In this document: positions 1 through 8,677 of the stretch, in pieces
Numbering within the stretch: the stretch's first letter is position 1
Layout: every line of letters begins with the position of its first letter
Position numbers and translations under genes: made by a program
Notes under the pieces: generated by a model
The model's input: only the letters and a program-made list of their open reading frames with translations
Database searches by the model: none
Told to the model about the DNA's origin: nothing
Origin: a virus
IMG/VR virus record: IMGVR_UViG_3300045988_119600
DNA: 30,429 nt
Direction: 5' to 3' (one strand)

Positions 1-125
1 TATAAACGAGGGCATTTATGCCCGAAGTCAATAATACCCCTATAAACGAGGGCATTTATGCCCGAAGTCAATAATACCCTTATCAACGAGGATACGTAGT
101 ATCCGAGTCAAAAGTCAATTGACTC
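1..125. repeat. Two perfect 40-bp direct repeats (1-40, 41-80) plus a degenerate third copy (81-125), each with an internal short hairpin (gggcat..atgccc / gatac..gtatc, compensatory)
   Basis: Read directly: tataaacgagggcatttatgcccgaagtcaataataccc x2, then tatcaacgag-gatacgtagtatc-cgagtca. Flanks are conserved; the hairpin sequence differs but the pairing is kept. Confidence 0.8.
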
Positions 126-359
126 TTGTAAGAATGGATTTTCTTCTATTGATTCAGGTCTATCATTGTCAAATGCTACTTTTACTGGTTTTGTATTACT
201 TGGAATAACAAAATAAAGAATATCATCTCTCATATATAATTCAGGTTTTATCATATTTGTTTTATCCATCTTATCAAACTATTCTTGCGTTCCTCTTACA
301 AATCTTATTATTGAAGGATTGCCTTTCCCGCCTCTTATATCTGTATAACTATAACTCAT
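108..359 (-). CDS. Hypothetical protein, 83 aa, with one in-frame TAG at 279-281
   Basis: Minus-strand ATG at 359-357 is preceded by AGGAG 6 nt upstream. The frame is open to TGA at 110-108 apart from one TAG, and the translation looks protein-like (…ILYFVIPSNTKPVKVAFDNDRPESIEENPFLQESIDF). It is absent from the ORF track because of the TAG. Confidence 0.35.
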
Positions 360-385
360 ATTTTACTCCTTTTACTCTCAAAAAA

Positions 386-445
386 TACCCCGGTATATAT
401 TTATAAAACGAAGGGCGTAGCCCGGAGTTTTATAAATATATACCC
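386..445. repeat. Long imperfect palindrome (~18-bp AT-rich stem) enclosing a fourth copy of the acga(a/g)GGGC..GCCC hairpin element
   Basis: ggtatatatttataaaacgaa-gggcgtagccc-ggagttttataaatatatacc. The outer arms are reverse complements, and the core resembles the repeats at 1-125. Confidence 0.6.
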
Positions 446-489
446 TCTATTTTAAAAACTATTACTATTACTATTTATATGGTTTCTAA

Positions 490-570
490 AAAACGACCAA
501 AATGTAGAAAATTTTGACCATTTATCAGAAAATTTTGACCACTCCGTCAGAAAATTTTGACCATTTTTAT
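490..570. repeat. Iteron array 1: three to four copies of (c/t)AGAAAATTTTGACCA(t/c)
   Basis: gtagaaaattttgaccat / cagaaaattttgaccac / cagaaaattttgaccat, plus the related aaaacgaccaaaatg. Same family as the array at 1258-1400. Confidence 0.75.
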
Positions 571-1190
571 TCTAACGCGTTCTTTACCCACTAAAACTCT
601 AAATAACTTTTATTATCTTCAGTTTTAATTCTATAATCTAATAATCCTAATCTTTTTAAAATATCAATTGTATCATCTACAATAATATTATTAGATGTTG
701 TGGTAGTGGCAATACCAATAAATTCTTTTATCTATTTAATAGTAGCAATAAATGGCTAAAAACCATTGGCGTAATATCTATTAAACAAATAAACATAAAT
801 ACTCAAACTATTTTTCTATAAAACATTTATTAATTTAGATAAAGTATTATATTCAATTAAATTAGCTTCTGTAGCATCTAATATAGTCAAATAATAATAA
901 CCATCATCTTGTAATTGAATTAAACCTTTATCTTCTAAATATTTGAAATATTTCGCAATAGTTTTTCTTGACATAACTTTTTCAGTTGTGCCATCTGACA
1001 ATGTTCTAACAAAGTCTTTTTCTATGGCCGTCCATTTAACTAATGACTTATTAATTCGACGACCTTCACTATCCATAGTAATTCTCTCTGAATGACACTA
1101 CAACCAAGCATATAATAAATCACAATAATCTTTTTCTCGTGTAATAGTCGGAACAGAGGGAATCTATCGAGAATTTTTCTTTATCTCCAT
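567..1190 (-). CDS. Winged-helix DNA-binding protein (regulator or initiator-like). The conservative core is 816-1076 from the ORF track. It probably extends N-terminally to the ATG at 1190, which has a strong GGAGG RBS, and C-terminally through the TAG at 816-818 to TAA at 569-567, assuming TAG is sense
   Basis: The core 86 aa carry a wHTH-like segment (SRKTIAKYFKYLEDKGLI). In frame upstream, M-E-I-K-K-N-S-R-[TAG]-I-P… starts at the 1190 ATG with GAGGAGG 6 nt before it. In frame downstream of the TAG at 816 there are 83 codons without TAA or TGA in AT-rich DNA, reading …IVDDTIDILKRLGLLDYRIKTEDNKSYLEF[TAG]WVKNALE*. Across the longest reading there are six in-frame TAGs. Confidence 0.5.
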
Positions 1191-1257
1191 AACACACCTC
1201 CTCTCACTATTATTTAAAAATTATTTATAATCTATTATTTGTTCCTGACCTAAAAAA

Positions 1258-1400
1258 TACAACCAAAAATATAGAAATTTTTGACCATTTATCTACCATT
1301 TTTTAACCAAAAATATAGAAATTTTTGACCATTTTTATAGAAATTTTTGACCAACATATAGAAAATTTTGACCATTTTCATTTGAAATGACCATTTTTGG
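1258..1400. repeat. Iteron array 2: four to five copies of ATAGAAA(T/A)TTTTGACCA(T/A) in the divergent intergenic region between the wHTH gene (-) and the first + strand gene
   Basis: aaaaatatagaaatttttgaccattt x2, tatagaaatttttgaccaac, atatagaaaattttgaccatttt, gaaatgaccatttttgg. Confidence 0.75.
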
Positions 1401-1543
1401 TAAAAAGACGCGGTTTTCCCGTCTAATGTTCCTTCTATCCTAAGCATAGCGATCTCTAATACCTACACATAGATGTCTAAAATTTTAACACAATTTTTTA
1501 ACATTTAATTACATTTAACATTTTTGTCCAATCGCTTATTCTT

Positions 1544-1575
1544 TATTGATTTTTATTAAATTTTAATATATAATA
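1544..1575 (+). promoter_or_regulatory. Sigma70-like promoter (TTGATT-17-TATAAT) upstream of the first + strand gene
   Basis: ttgatt-tttattaaattttaata-tataat, followed by an ataaaataaagaaaaact leader and the ATG at 1616. Confidence 0.45.
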
Positions 1576-1615
1576 TAAATATAAAATAAAGAAAAACTAT
1601 TAAAGGTGATAAAAA

Positions 1616-1813
1616 ATGCTTGCTAAACTTATTGATAATCAAGGTCAAACTCATATCCTTAATACGACTCATATTCATTCAATTTCCGTAAAGAATTCTG
1701 GGTCGGATAAACTTGTGATGATTTTTTGGGATAATGAAGCGAAAACCGCGTATTATGTAAGACCCACTGAATATAGCACTTTTATCAATTCTATTTTTAA
1801 GGAGGATAAGTAA
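1616..1813 (+). CDS. Hypothetical protein (65 aa)
   Basis: ORF track; RBS aaaggtga 8 nt before the ATG; TAA stop. Confidence 0.55.
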   Translation: MLAKLIDNQGQTHILNTTHIHSISVKNSGSDKLVMIFWDNEAKTAYYVRPTEYSTFINSIFKEDK

Positions 1814-1814
1814 T

Positions 1815-2153
1815 ATGTCTGTTGATTTTGGTTCTAAGCTCGTATGTGGTTATAAAGTCCCCAAGAACCTTCTTGAAAACTATGATAATATGGCTGAGGC
1901 TATCGAACAACTTACCGAAGAAGGTTATTGGCATCGCGCAAGCGATTATGATAACGACGAGAATCCTATCTTCGGCTATCTTCTCGGTGAGTCTTCCGCA
2001 GGTGAAGCCGTCCGCATTGACAATATCTTCATCGCTCCGCAGGAGTATTATCGCCTTAATAACACGATGAAAGAAGCTTACGCAAAGTTTCTTAAAATCC
2101 CCATCGAAAGCCTTGATGATCCCGAGATTTTTCTAATCTCCACAATTTCTTAA
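1815..2153 (+). CDS. Hypothetical protein (112 aa)
   Basis: RBS taaggagg; tightly packed after the upstream stop. The overlapping ORF 1822-2070 was rejected. Confidence 0.65.
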   Translation: MSVDFGSKLVCGYKVPKNLLENYDNMAEAIEQLTEEGYWHRASDYDNDENPIFGYLLGESSAGEAVRIDNIFIAPQEYYRLNNTMKEAYAKFLKIPIESLDDPEIFLISTIS

Positions 2154-2169
2154 AGAAAGGAAAATAAAT

Positions 2170-2424
2170 ATGAAACAATGCCCCGTTTATTATGAAGCAC
2201 GTTATTGGGACGACTCTGATAAAATGGATAGATTTACGTGCGGTTTTATCTTCGCGGAAACTCTCACTGAGGCTGGTCGTTGGGCAGAAGAGTATTTCGA
2301 CGATCTTATTACTGTCGCATTTACCCCTCTTGACGATGGCCCTTTGCGCGTCAACCGCGATCTTGCTAACAAGATTCTAAAATTTGACAGCGAAGATGAA
2401 CCCTATTCTGCTAAAACACTATGA
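2170..2424 (+). CDS. Hypothetical protein (84 aa)
   Basis: RBS aaagaaagga. Its TGA stop overlaps the next start (ATGATGA). Confidence 0.6.
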   Translation: MKQCPVYYEARYWDDSDKMDRFTCGFIFAETLTEAGRWAEEYFDDLITVAFTPLDDGPLRVNRDLANKILKFDSEDEPYSAKTL

Positions 2425-2870
2425 TGACTTTTTATTGTAATAACTGCGGTTATTACCGGCCAACAACCGGATTATGTCAAATCACAGGCAATACAATTGA
2501 TCCAAATCATGCGATCTGCGATAATTTTCTTTGCGGTGAATATTACACTTGTAAAGTATGTCATACTCCAATTTTCCATAAGCAAATGATCATCGACGAT
2601 CAAGGCAACACTTATTGTAATAAATGTTGGGCAAAACTTAACACATGCGCTAATTGTGAACAAAATGTGAACTGCGCATTTAATGCTTCTCCCGACACGC
2701 CGAAAATGATCCAAAAGCGAGAAGTCGTTGGAAATATGCAAACCGTTATGAATGTCCGTAATCCCGACATTGTCCGAGACACATGCCAAAATGGTTGTTC
2801 TTGTTTCAGCGAAGAAAATGGTTGTATGAGAGATTTCAATTGTTGCGATAACCTCAAACCTATTCTTTAA
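2421..2870 (+). CDS. Cysteine-rich protein with multiple CxxC zinc-ribbon motifs (149 aa, about 20 Cys)
   Basis: CNNCGYY…C..C…CKVCH…CNKCW…CANCEQNVNC…CQNGCSC…CC. The antisense ORFs 2472-2789 and 2612-2857 were rejected. Confidence 0.7.
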   Translation: MMTFYCNNCGYYRPTTGLCQITGNTIDPNHAICDNFLCGEYYTCKVCHTPIFHKQMIIDDQGNTYCNKCWAKLNTCANCEQNVNCAFNASPDTPKMIQKREVVGNMQTVMNVRNPDIVRDTCQNGCSCFSEENGCMRDFNCCDNLKPIL

Positions 2871-2884
2871 AGGAGTTTTTAAAT

Positions 2885-3484
2885 ATGTTTATCTTCTTCT
2901 TGAAAACGCTGGTGGGCGGATTTGTTCTACCGACCTTAATTATTTTTCTGATTTTCGCCATTCATTCTGCTTATTGTAGCTATGGCTATTACAGCACTCT
3001 TTCCGATCCTAAGGCCAAGCGCTTCCGCAATTGGTCTCACCGCGACCGCGTTAACATTCCCCGTCAAATTATTCCCGCCTTTTGGATCGGCGTTTGTCTT
3101 TATCTTGCCGTGGGTATGTTTGGTGGAGTTATAATGTCTTCTGTTAATAAGGACTATTCTAAGTATGATTATACGATTGCGGAAGCCCAAGAGCTAACAA
3201 GTATGGATAATGATGGCAATATCTATACTTACCGCGCATTCGAAGGGGAAAGTGTTTATTACACTTATCTTACACTCAGTGCTGATGGCATTACAAGCAC
3301 TGAAAATTATCCCGTGAATAGCACAGTAGTTATTTACTCTAATCAGGTTCCGCACATTGAAAAGCGTCTCCCTCGTTATGGCGATTGGAGAGAGTGGTTC
3401 TTTGTCTGCACTAAATCAACGCGAGCTTATCTTTATATTCCAGAAGGAACAGACGTGGCAAAAGACTATATTGTGGAGAAGTAA
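2885..3484 (+). CDS. Membrane protein (N-terminal TM helix, 199 aa)
   Basis: RBS aaaggag. Hydrophobic N-terminus FVLPTLIIFLIFAI and an internal TM IPAFWIGVCLYLAVGMFGGVIM. Confidence 0.65.
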   Translation: MFIFFLKTLVGGFVLPTLIIFLIFAIHSAYCSYGYYSTLSDPKAKRFRNWSHRDRVNIPRQIIPAFWIGVCLYLAVGMFGGVIMSSVNKDYSKYDYTIAEAQELTSMDNDGNIYTYRAFEGESVYYTYLTLSADGITSTENYPVNSTVVIYSNQVPHIEKRLPRYGDWREWFFVCTKSTRAYLYIPEGTDVAKDYIVEK

Positions 3485-3485
3485 A

Positions 3486-3740
3486 ATGAACAAAGGTGAT
3501 TTGATTTATTTAAAAATGTCTAACGGCGACAGCGTTTTTCTTAATGCGAATGAAATTATCGCGGTCCTTATTTCCCATACTACTAAGGATAATTCAGACA
3601 ATGACAGTATTTCTACTGAAACTTTTGAAACAAAACTTGATTTTTGTATGAGTAATAAAACTCTTTATTCATATGAGTTCGAGGACAATGATCCTGATGG
3701 TATGGCAGTTATGAGACAACTTAGAAATTTCTTATACTAA
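3486..3740 (+). CDS. Hypothetical protein (84 aa). ORF 3357-3740 in the track is an artefactual N-terminal extension that overlaps the upstream gene
   Basis: ATG at 3486 comes directly after the upstream TAA, with ggagaag as RBS. Confidence 0.55.
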   Translation: MNKGDLIYLKMSNGDSVFLNANEIIAVLISHTTKDNSDNDSISTETFETKLDFCMSNKTLYSYEFEDNDPDGMAVMRQLRNFLY

Positions 3741-3752
3741 GGAGGCATTTAG

Positions 3753-3998
3753 ATGACTGTAATTTTACACAACTTCCGCGGTATTAAGTATCTTATCAAT
3801 ACTAATAATATCAATAGCGTTAGCTTTTCTGCGGTCGATTCTAAGCAGTATGCGGATGAGATTGCGGAAGCAGGCGGTAGTCCACTCACGCGTATCTACA
3901 TTGATTGGTATGGCGGTTCTTCTACCGGCCTTCTCGCAACTTCCGAAGTGGCTGATGAATTTCTCAATCTTTTTGAAAACGCGATTGAAATCTTTTAA
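3753..3998 (+). CDS. Hypothetical protein (81 aa)
   Basis: RBS ctaaggagg. Confidence 0.6.
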   Translation: MTVILHNFRGIKYLINTNNINSVSFSAVDSKQYADEIAEAGGSPLTRIYIDWYGGSSTGLLATSEVADEFLNLFENAIEIF

Positions 3999-4056
3999 TT
4001 TCTAAATATATTATAACAAAAATTTTGGGTAAAATCAATTAATGGAGGAATAATAT

Positions 4057-4272
4057 ATGAGTCGTATCCCTGTTTTATTCATCTATAATGAGTCTCGCGA
4101 TGAAATTTATTGCGCAACAAATCTCGGTGAATCTGATGCGCTTGAAATTACTATGTCTGCTATCGAGAAGAACGTCGAAGAGCAATTCCACTGTCATAAG
4201 TTCGATGCTCAGATCTATAATAAAGCACTTGAACATATGATTGTCTATTACGAATATGTTCCCGTTCTCTGA
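4057..4272 (+). CDS. Hypothetical protein (71 aa)
   Basis: RBS aatggagga; TGA stop followed by the terminator at 4279-4309. Confidence 0.6.
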   Translation: MSRIPVLFIYNESRDEIYCATNLGESDALEITMSAIEKNVEEQFHCHKFDAQIYNKALEHMIVYYEYVPVL

Positions 4273-4278
4273 TCTTTA

Positions 4279-4309
4279 AAGGATTTGCGTAAACCGCAAA
4301 TCCTTTTTT
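4279..4309 (+). terminator. Rho-independent terminator
   Basis: ggatttgcg-taaac-cgcaaatcc followed by a tttttt run. Confidence 0.8.
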
Positions 4310-4369
4310 GATTTTTTATAAAAAATAATATATAATATATATATAAAGTAAAGAAAGGAAATAAAAATT
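4308..4369 (+). promoter_or_regulatory. Conserved early promoter and leader (TTGATT-17-TATAAT, then atatataaagtaaagaaagga) driving gene 4370
   Basis: Copy of the motif that recurs at least 15 times across the window. Confidence 0.6.
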
Positions 4370-4690
4370 ATGACTACTTCTAATTCTAAGATTAAAACTC
4401 ATTCCATTGGTATTCTTTGTGATACGGCCGGAGACCATAATTTCTATTTCCTGAATGCGTCCGAAGCTGATATGCAGGAAATGTTTATGGAGTATTGTCG
4501 AGATATGGTCGATGATAGCCTTATGGAGCGTCAGTTCGAGACAATTCAGAAAGATTCTGATTATGATTGGTATCTTTACCACGGTGAGATGACCGGCGAG
4601 TGGACAAGAAGATTTTCTTCTTACCTCGATATGATGAACGAGGTCGCAAATGATGTTTTCATTGATTTCGTTGATGCGGTTGAAATGTAA
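4370..4690 (+). CDS. Hypothetical acidic protein (106 aa)
   Basis: ORF track; motif-supplied RBS aagaaagga. Confidence 0.65.
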   Translation: MTTSNSKIKTHSIGILCDTAGDHNFYFLNASEADMQEMFMEYCRDMVDDSLMERQFETIQKDSDYDWYLYHGEMTGEWTRRFSSYLDMMNEVANDVFIDFVDAVEM

Positions 4691-4701
4691 GGAGAATAAT
4701 T

Positions 4702-4983
4702 ATGAAAGAAATTTCTTGTTATAAAATTGAAGATGAGATGACCAGTAAGTCTTGGACCTTCGCCAATATTTCAGAAGCAGAAGCGGAAGAGTTATATCTC
4801 GCTTTCCTTGAAGGTGCGATCGAAGAAGACATTATGGAAACGCAACGAATTGAATACTTCGATCTCCCTCTTCCTAAGCCCGATTGGTGGAGAACAGAAG
4901 TGGATTATCAGAAAGAGGTTGATAAACTTCTTCTTATGGATGGCGAGTTCTATATGTATAAATTTAATGCTTACGTATTTTAA
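4702..4983 (+). CDS. Hypothetical protein (93 aa)
   Basis: RBS taaggaga. ORF 4808-5014 in another frame was rejected. Confidence 0.6.
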   Translation: MKEISCYKIEDEMTSKSWTFANISEAEAEELYLAFLEGAIEEDIMETQRIEYFDLPLPKPDWWRTEVDYQKEVDKLLLMDGEFYMYKFNAYVF

Positions 4984-4994
4984 GGAGGATATAA

Positions 4995-5729
4995 ATGATT
5001 CCTGGACTTTATGAAATCTTTAATACGCGCTGGGGCGGTCAGACGGTCTGGGTATCCTCTGATTGGCATTTTGGCGATTCAGACCTGCGGATTGGCCATC
5101 CCGACCGCATTTCTGATGATGACCTCGTAAAACTTTTGAATAGCAAAGCCGGTCGGAAAGACACGCTTATTTGCCTCGGTGATGTAGGTAAGATCTCCTA
5201 TGTGCGGAAACTGCGCGCCGGTTATAAGGTTCTTATCAAGGGCAACCATGATGCGGGATCTGAAAACTATAAGCGCAAAATCGTCAAGAAGAAGTTCTCT
5301 ATGGATTACTACCAAAAGGACGAAGCGCTTATGGAAATGAAGCGTCTTTATCCTGATTGCAAGTATTCTATTGATTCAGGATTTGATTTCCACACTCCCT
5401 TTGAATATTGGGAGATTACCGCGGACAACGGTCTTTTTGACGAAGTATATGATGGCGCGCTCATCATTGGTGAGAAACTTATGCTTTCTCACGAACCGAT
5501 TAAGCAGGACTGGGCTCTCGATCTTCACGGCCACGACCACAATCATAAAGAGACGGACATCTATCACAAGAATGTTTGTGTAGATGTGTTTGGCCCCGCT
5601 CCTTTGAATCTAAACCAGTTCATGAAAAATGGTCCAACCGCAAAGATCGGGAGCGTCCACAGAAAAACAATCGACACCGCGACCAAGAGAAAACAGAAGC
5701 GAGGAGGTAAAAAGATATGGGAGAAATGA
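4995..5729 (+). CDS. Calcineurin-like metallophosphoesterase (phosphatase or phosphodiesterase)
   Basis: Ordered MPP motifs SDWHFGD, LGDVG, GNHD and HGHDH. RBS taaggagg. Confidence 0.8.
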   Translation: MIPGLYEIFNTRWGGQTVWVSSDWHFGDSDLRIGHPDRISDDDLVKLLNSKAGRKDTLICLGDVGKISYVRKLRAGYKVLIKGNHDAGSENYKRKIVKKKFSMDYYQKDEALMEMKRLYPDCKYSIDSGFDFHTPFEYWEITADNGLFDEVYDGALIIGEKLMLSHEPIKQDWALDLHGHDHNHKETDIYHKNVCVDVFGPAPLNLNQFMKNGPTAKIGSVHRKTIDTATKRKQKRGGKKIWEK

Positions 5730-5887
5730 TTATTATGCTATTTATTATATTAGTATTTTTCGGCTTTATGTATATGGATTTGCTGGATGATAATACTATG
5801 TCTCTTAATGAGAAGTATTATTACTGCGGTATGGGCATGTTGCTTTGCCTGTTTGCCGGTTTCATTCAGTCAGTCTTTTATGCTTAA
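5726..5887 (+). CDS. Small hydrophobic peptide (53 aa). The ATG overlaps the upstream TGA (ATGA)
   Basis: MIIMLFIILVFFGFMYM… Below the ORF-track length cut-off. Confidence 0.35.
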   Translation: MIIMLFIILVFFGFMYMDLLDDNTMSLNEKYYYCGMGMLLCLFAGFIQSVFYA

Positions 5888-5966
5888 AGCAATCATTCTT
5901 TGTTTTTGCGCTCTTGGCATTTTATCCGTTTTGTTCGATGACTTAGATTAAGGAGGAGGAGGATAT

Positions 5967-6173
5967 ATGGTAGAGTTTATTGTAGAAATTATTCTTGGAT
6001 TAATTATAGCAAGGCTTGCCTTATGTATCTTCAAGCTTGCTGACGGCGCAAGTGCTCCCGAAGATACGTTTTTAATTGACACTTGTGTCATTACTGGAAG
6101 CTTATTACTTATAATTTCTACACTCCCAATCATATCAGGAGTATATGGAGTAATTCAATATTTTATTCATTAA
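5967..6173 (+). CDS. Small membrane protein (68 aa, two TM segments)
   Basis: RBS ttaaggaggaggagg. Confidence 0.55.
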   Translation: MVEFIVEIILGLIIARLALCIFKLADGASAPEDTFLIDTCVITGSLLLIISTLPIISGVYGVIQYFIH

Positions 6174-6186
6174 GGAGAAAATAGTT

Positions 6187-6591
6187 ATGCTTTATGTAGT
6201 TTTTATTCTTGCGTTTGCGGGCTTTATTGCTCTCGCAATTTGGGGTTTTGATAAATATTCTGCTCTTGGTTGTCTTACTTCGATTGTCGGCATCGCTGGC
6301 ACCGTTATCTTTGGAATCGTAATGGTATTTTCTACTATTGTGATTATCAATGAAAATGTATACAGTGATGCTCTTTATGAGAAATATACAACTCGTCGAG
6401 AAGCTCTTGAATGGCGACTCGAACAGGATTATACCGATAATGATAACAACCTTGGCGCAACTGAACTTTATAAAGAAATTCAGGAATATAATGAAGACCT
6501 TGCGGGCGCAAAATCTAATCGCGCGAACCCTTGGTTGAAGATCTATGCCGGAGAATATGTTGATCGGCTTGAATTTATTGAGCTAAAATAA
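6187..6591 (+). CDS. Membrane protein (two N-terminal TM segments, 134 aa)
   Basis: RBS taaggaga. Confidence 0.6.
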   Translation: MLYVVFILAFAGFIALAIWGFDKYSALGCLTSIVGIAGTVIFGIVMVFSTIVIINENVYSDALYEKYTTRREALEWRLEQDYTDNDNNLGATELYKEIQEYNEDLAGAKSNRANPWLKIYAGEYVDRLEFIELK

Positions 6592-6602
6592 GGAGAATAA
6601 AA

Positions 6603-7208
6603 ATGATTATTTGTAAACATTGCGGTCAGCCCATTTCTGATAAGTCAAAGATTTGTCCGTTTTGTGGAGGCAATGTAAAGGTTCCTTTCTATGATAAGAC
6701 ATGGTTCCATATTCTCCTTGTGCTTATCATCTTTGCGGGGATTGATTATGTCATTAGGAATCCCGATCCCGAACCTACTGTATATCGCACTCCAATTGTA
6801 GAGAACGCGGAAGCCTCGTCTCAGAGTTCGGATGATCCCATCGAAGAGATCGATGAACAGGAAACCGCGCCTAAGAGTGAAGAAGATAAATATTCTAATG
6901 AAAATATTAGTGATATGATCGCTCTTGTGGATAATTACCCTATGCAAGCAGAAGATTATGAGGGTCAATATATCCGCGTTTCAGGCTATGTGCGGAATGT
7001 GGATAGTGATGGTAAATATTTTACCATTGCCGAAGATGATGATAGTTTTGTTATTACCAATACAATTCAGTAGAAGATGAAGAAAACTTCTGATGTATAT
7101 GAGTTTATTAAAAATACTACTATTGGAACTTATATCACTGTTGAAGGTAAAATTACTGATGTTGGTGAAGTTATGTATTATCTCGGCGAAGCAGATAATG
7201 CGTATTAA
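6603..7208 (+). CDS. Zinc-ribbon + TM + C-terminal beta-rich domain protein. Reads through an in-frame TAG at 7071-7073 and ends at TAA 7206-7208
   Basis: The N-terminus reads CKHCGQ…CPFCGG followed by a TM helix. After the TAG there are 44 further in-frame codons with no stop (KMKKTSDVYEFIKNTTIGTYITVEGKITDVGEVMYYLGEADNAY*). The terminator comes only after 7208. Confidence 0.55.
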
Positions 7209-7213
7209 ACAAT

Positions 7214-7251
7214 AAGGACTTATGTTAATTCATAAGTCCTTATTTTATTTT
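7214..7251 (+). terminator. Rho-independent terminator, immediately followed by the conserved promoter and leader
   Basis: aaggacttatg-ttaatt-cataagtcctt followed by attttattttt. Confidence 0.8.
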
Positions 7252-7305
7252 TATAAAAAAATATAATATAATATATATATAAAGTTAAGAAAGGAATTGA
7301 AAATT

Positions 7306-7581
7306 ATGTATGTAGAGCTTTGGGATCTAATTGGTAGAAAGTATACTGATCCAGAAGATGATGAATACGCAATGCTCGTTTCTAAGGATGGCATTCATAT
7401 CGCCAACGCGGTTGAGATTCTTTTCTCTAAGGCTAAGGGTGAGGGTCGAATCCGCGAGTATAACATTGAAATCCCCTGCGTTTTTGATACAATCGGCATC
7501 GAAATGGTTTACGTGCTAATTGTCTCTTGGATTAATGCAGATGGCTCTCTTGGAACTTATTATACGGAGGTATGTCATTAA
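7306..7581 (+). CDS. Hypothetical protein. The track's 7297 start is a TTG; the ATG at 7306 sits at the conserved spacing from the leader
   Basis: Leader …aagaaaggaattgaaaattATG. Confidence 0.6.
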   Translation: MYVELWDLIGRKYTDPEDDEYAMLVSKDGIHIANAVEILFSKAKGEGRIREYNIEIPCVFDTIGIEMVYVLIVSWINADGSLGTYYTEVCH

Positions 7582-7829
7582 TGACTGTTTATGCTCTTTG
7601 TTATCATTATGATAGTTTTGGCGGTGATGATACCGCGGTGCTTAGCCTTTATTCTACTGAGGAAAAGGCTTTTGAAGCAGGACGAAAGAAAGAAAAGGAA
7701 GCGCAAGAGCGTTGGGAAAAAAATAAATCTATCTCATATTGCAAAAAGCCTTCGTTTGATGGATTTTTCGTTCACGGCTACGGCGACTACTATGTAAAGA
7801 TTATGGAAGTTGATAAGGAGACTATCTAA
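7581..7829 (+). CDS. Hypothetical protein, with TAATG stop/start overlap. The alternative start at 7572 is only 2 nt from its RBS
   Basis: ggaggt lies 11 nt upstream of 7581. Confidence 0.5.
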   Translation: MTVYALCYHYDSFGGDDTAVLSLYSTEEKAFEAGRKKEKEAQERWEKNKSISYCKKPSFDGFFVHGYGDYYVKIMEVDKETI

Positions 7830-8146
7830 TGGTTGTAATGATTTATGCTTATGAAAGCGTCTATTGCGGACTCCACGGTATTAATACTGGTGGTGTCTTT
7901 GAGGTTGATAGTGTCGCAGAAGCTGATGATATTGGCAAAGGAATGGCTTATGACGTAATCGACGGTTATAGTCATGCCTTTGAGGATTACGACTTAGAAG
8001 AGGTAGAGGAAGGCATTGAATGGGAAGTTTGGCCCGTCCGCGATAACACTGGGCTTTCCGTTAGTGAGCTTGACTGCGAATTTGCGAACCTCGGTAGAAG
8101 TCTCTTTATTGATGAGTATTGTTGTGTAGATATCCACAATACTTAA
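7829..8146 (+). CDS. Hypothetical acidic protein (105 aa), with TAATG overlap
   Basis: ORF track. Confidence 0.6.
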   Translation: MVVMIYAYESVYCGLHGINTGGVFEVDSVAEADDIGKGMAYDVIDGYSHAFEDYDLEEVEEGIEWEVWPVRDNTGLSVSELDCEFANLGRSLFIDEYCCVDIHNT

Positions 8147-8397
8147 TATAAAACTCTGGAAGGGCATTCTCTTCCCCAATAGGATAAAGTTTCAGTCCAT
8201 ACCGCTCAGGGGTGCTATTCAATAAGGTTAGATTATAAGTGGGTATGATAGTTCTGCTAACAAACTTGAATAGGCTATATTATATACGCTGAATCCTTGA
8301 TTGTATGATACCTCCAAAAAAGAGTTTTATTGATTTTTTATAAAAAAATATATTATAATATTTATAGAAAGTTAAAGAGAAGATAAAAAAAGGAGAG

Positions 8398-8676
8398 ATG
8401 CTTATGCTTGGCACTGTTAATATTCCTTATTCTAAAATTGAAGAAGATATTGAGAATATTTGCGTTGAGTATGGTCATGGTGGTTATGATGTAATGACTT
8501 GCGACGAGATCGCGGTTGATAAAATTATTGAATACTTCCAGAGTAAGCCCGCGTCTCAGCAATGGAATCTTTCTTGCTCTGAATGGCCTAATGAAAAAGG
8601 TGGCGCTTGCTTCATCTCTTGGGTTGAAGAAGGTCGTTTATGCGGTTATGGATTTGACTATTTGATGGAGGATTAA
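8398..8676 (+). CDS. Hypothetical protein (start may be the second ATG at 8404)
   Basis: Conserved promoter and leader at 8336-8397; RBS aaggagag. Confidence 0.6.
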   Translation: MLMLGTVNIPYSKIEEDIENICVEYGHGGYDVMTCDEIAVDKIIEYFQSKPASQQWNLSCSEWPNEKGGACFISWVEEGRLCGYGFDYLMED

Positions 8677-8677
8677 T

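Noticed and set aside
2424-2600. Possible TGA read-through after gene 2170-2424 (about 56 stop-free codons)
   Set aside because: That stretch is the alternative frame of the clearly real Cys-rich gene 2421-2870. Elsewhere TGA behaves as a true stop (followed by terminators, ATGA overlaps), so this is not treated as recoding.
1822-3190. Overlapping alternative-frame and antisense ORFs (1822-2070, 2192-2380, 2472-2789, 2612-2857, 2936-3190)
   Set aside because: Each is nested inside a better-supported + strand gene that has an RBS and tight stop/start packing. They have no RBS of their own.
3357-3485. N-terminal part of track ORF 3357-3740
   Set aside because: It overlaps the upstream gene in another frame. 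The ATG at 3486 directly follows the upstream stop and has an RBS.
5079-5583. Antisense and alternate ORFs inside the metallophosphoesterase gene (5079-5315, 5371-5583, 5376-5567)
   Set aside because: They are nested in a gene with unambiguous MPP motifs.
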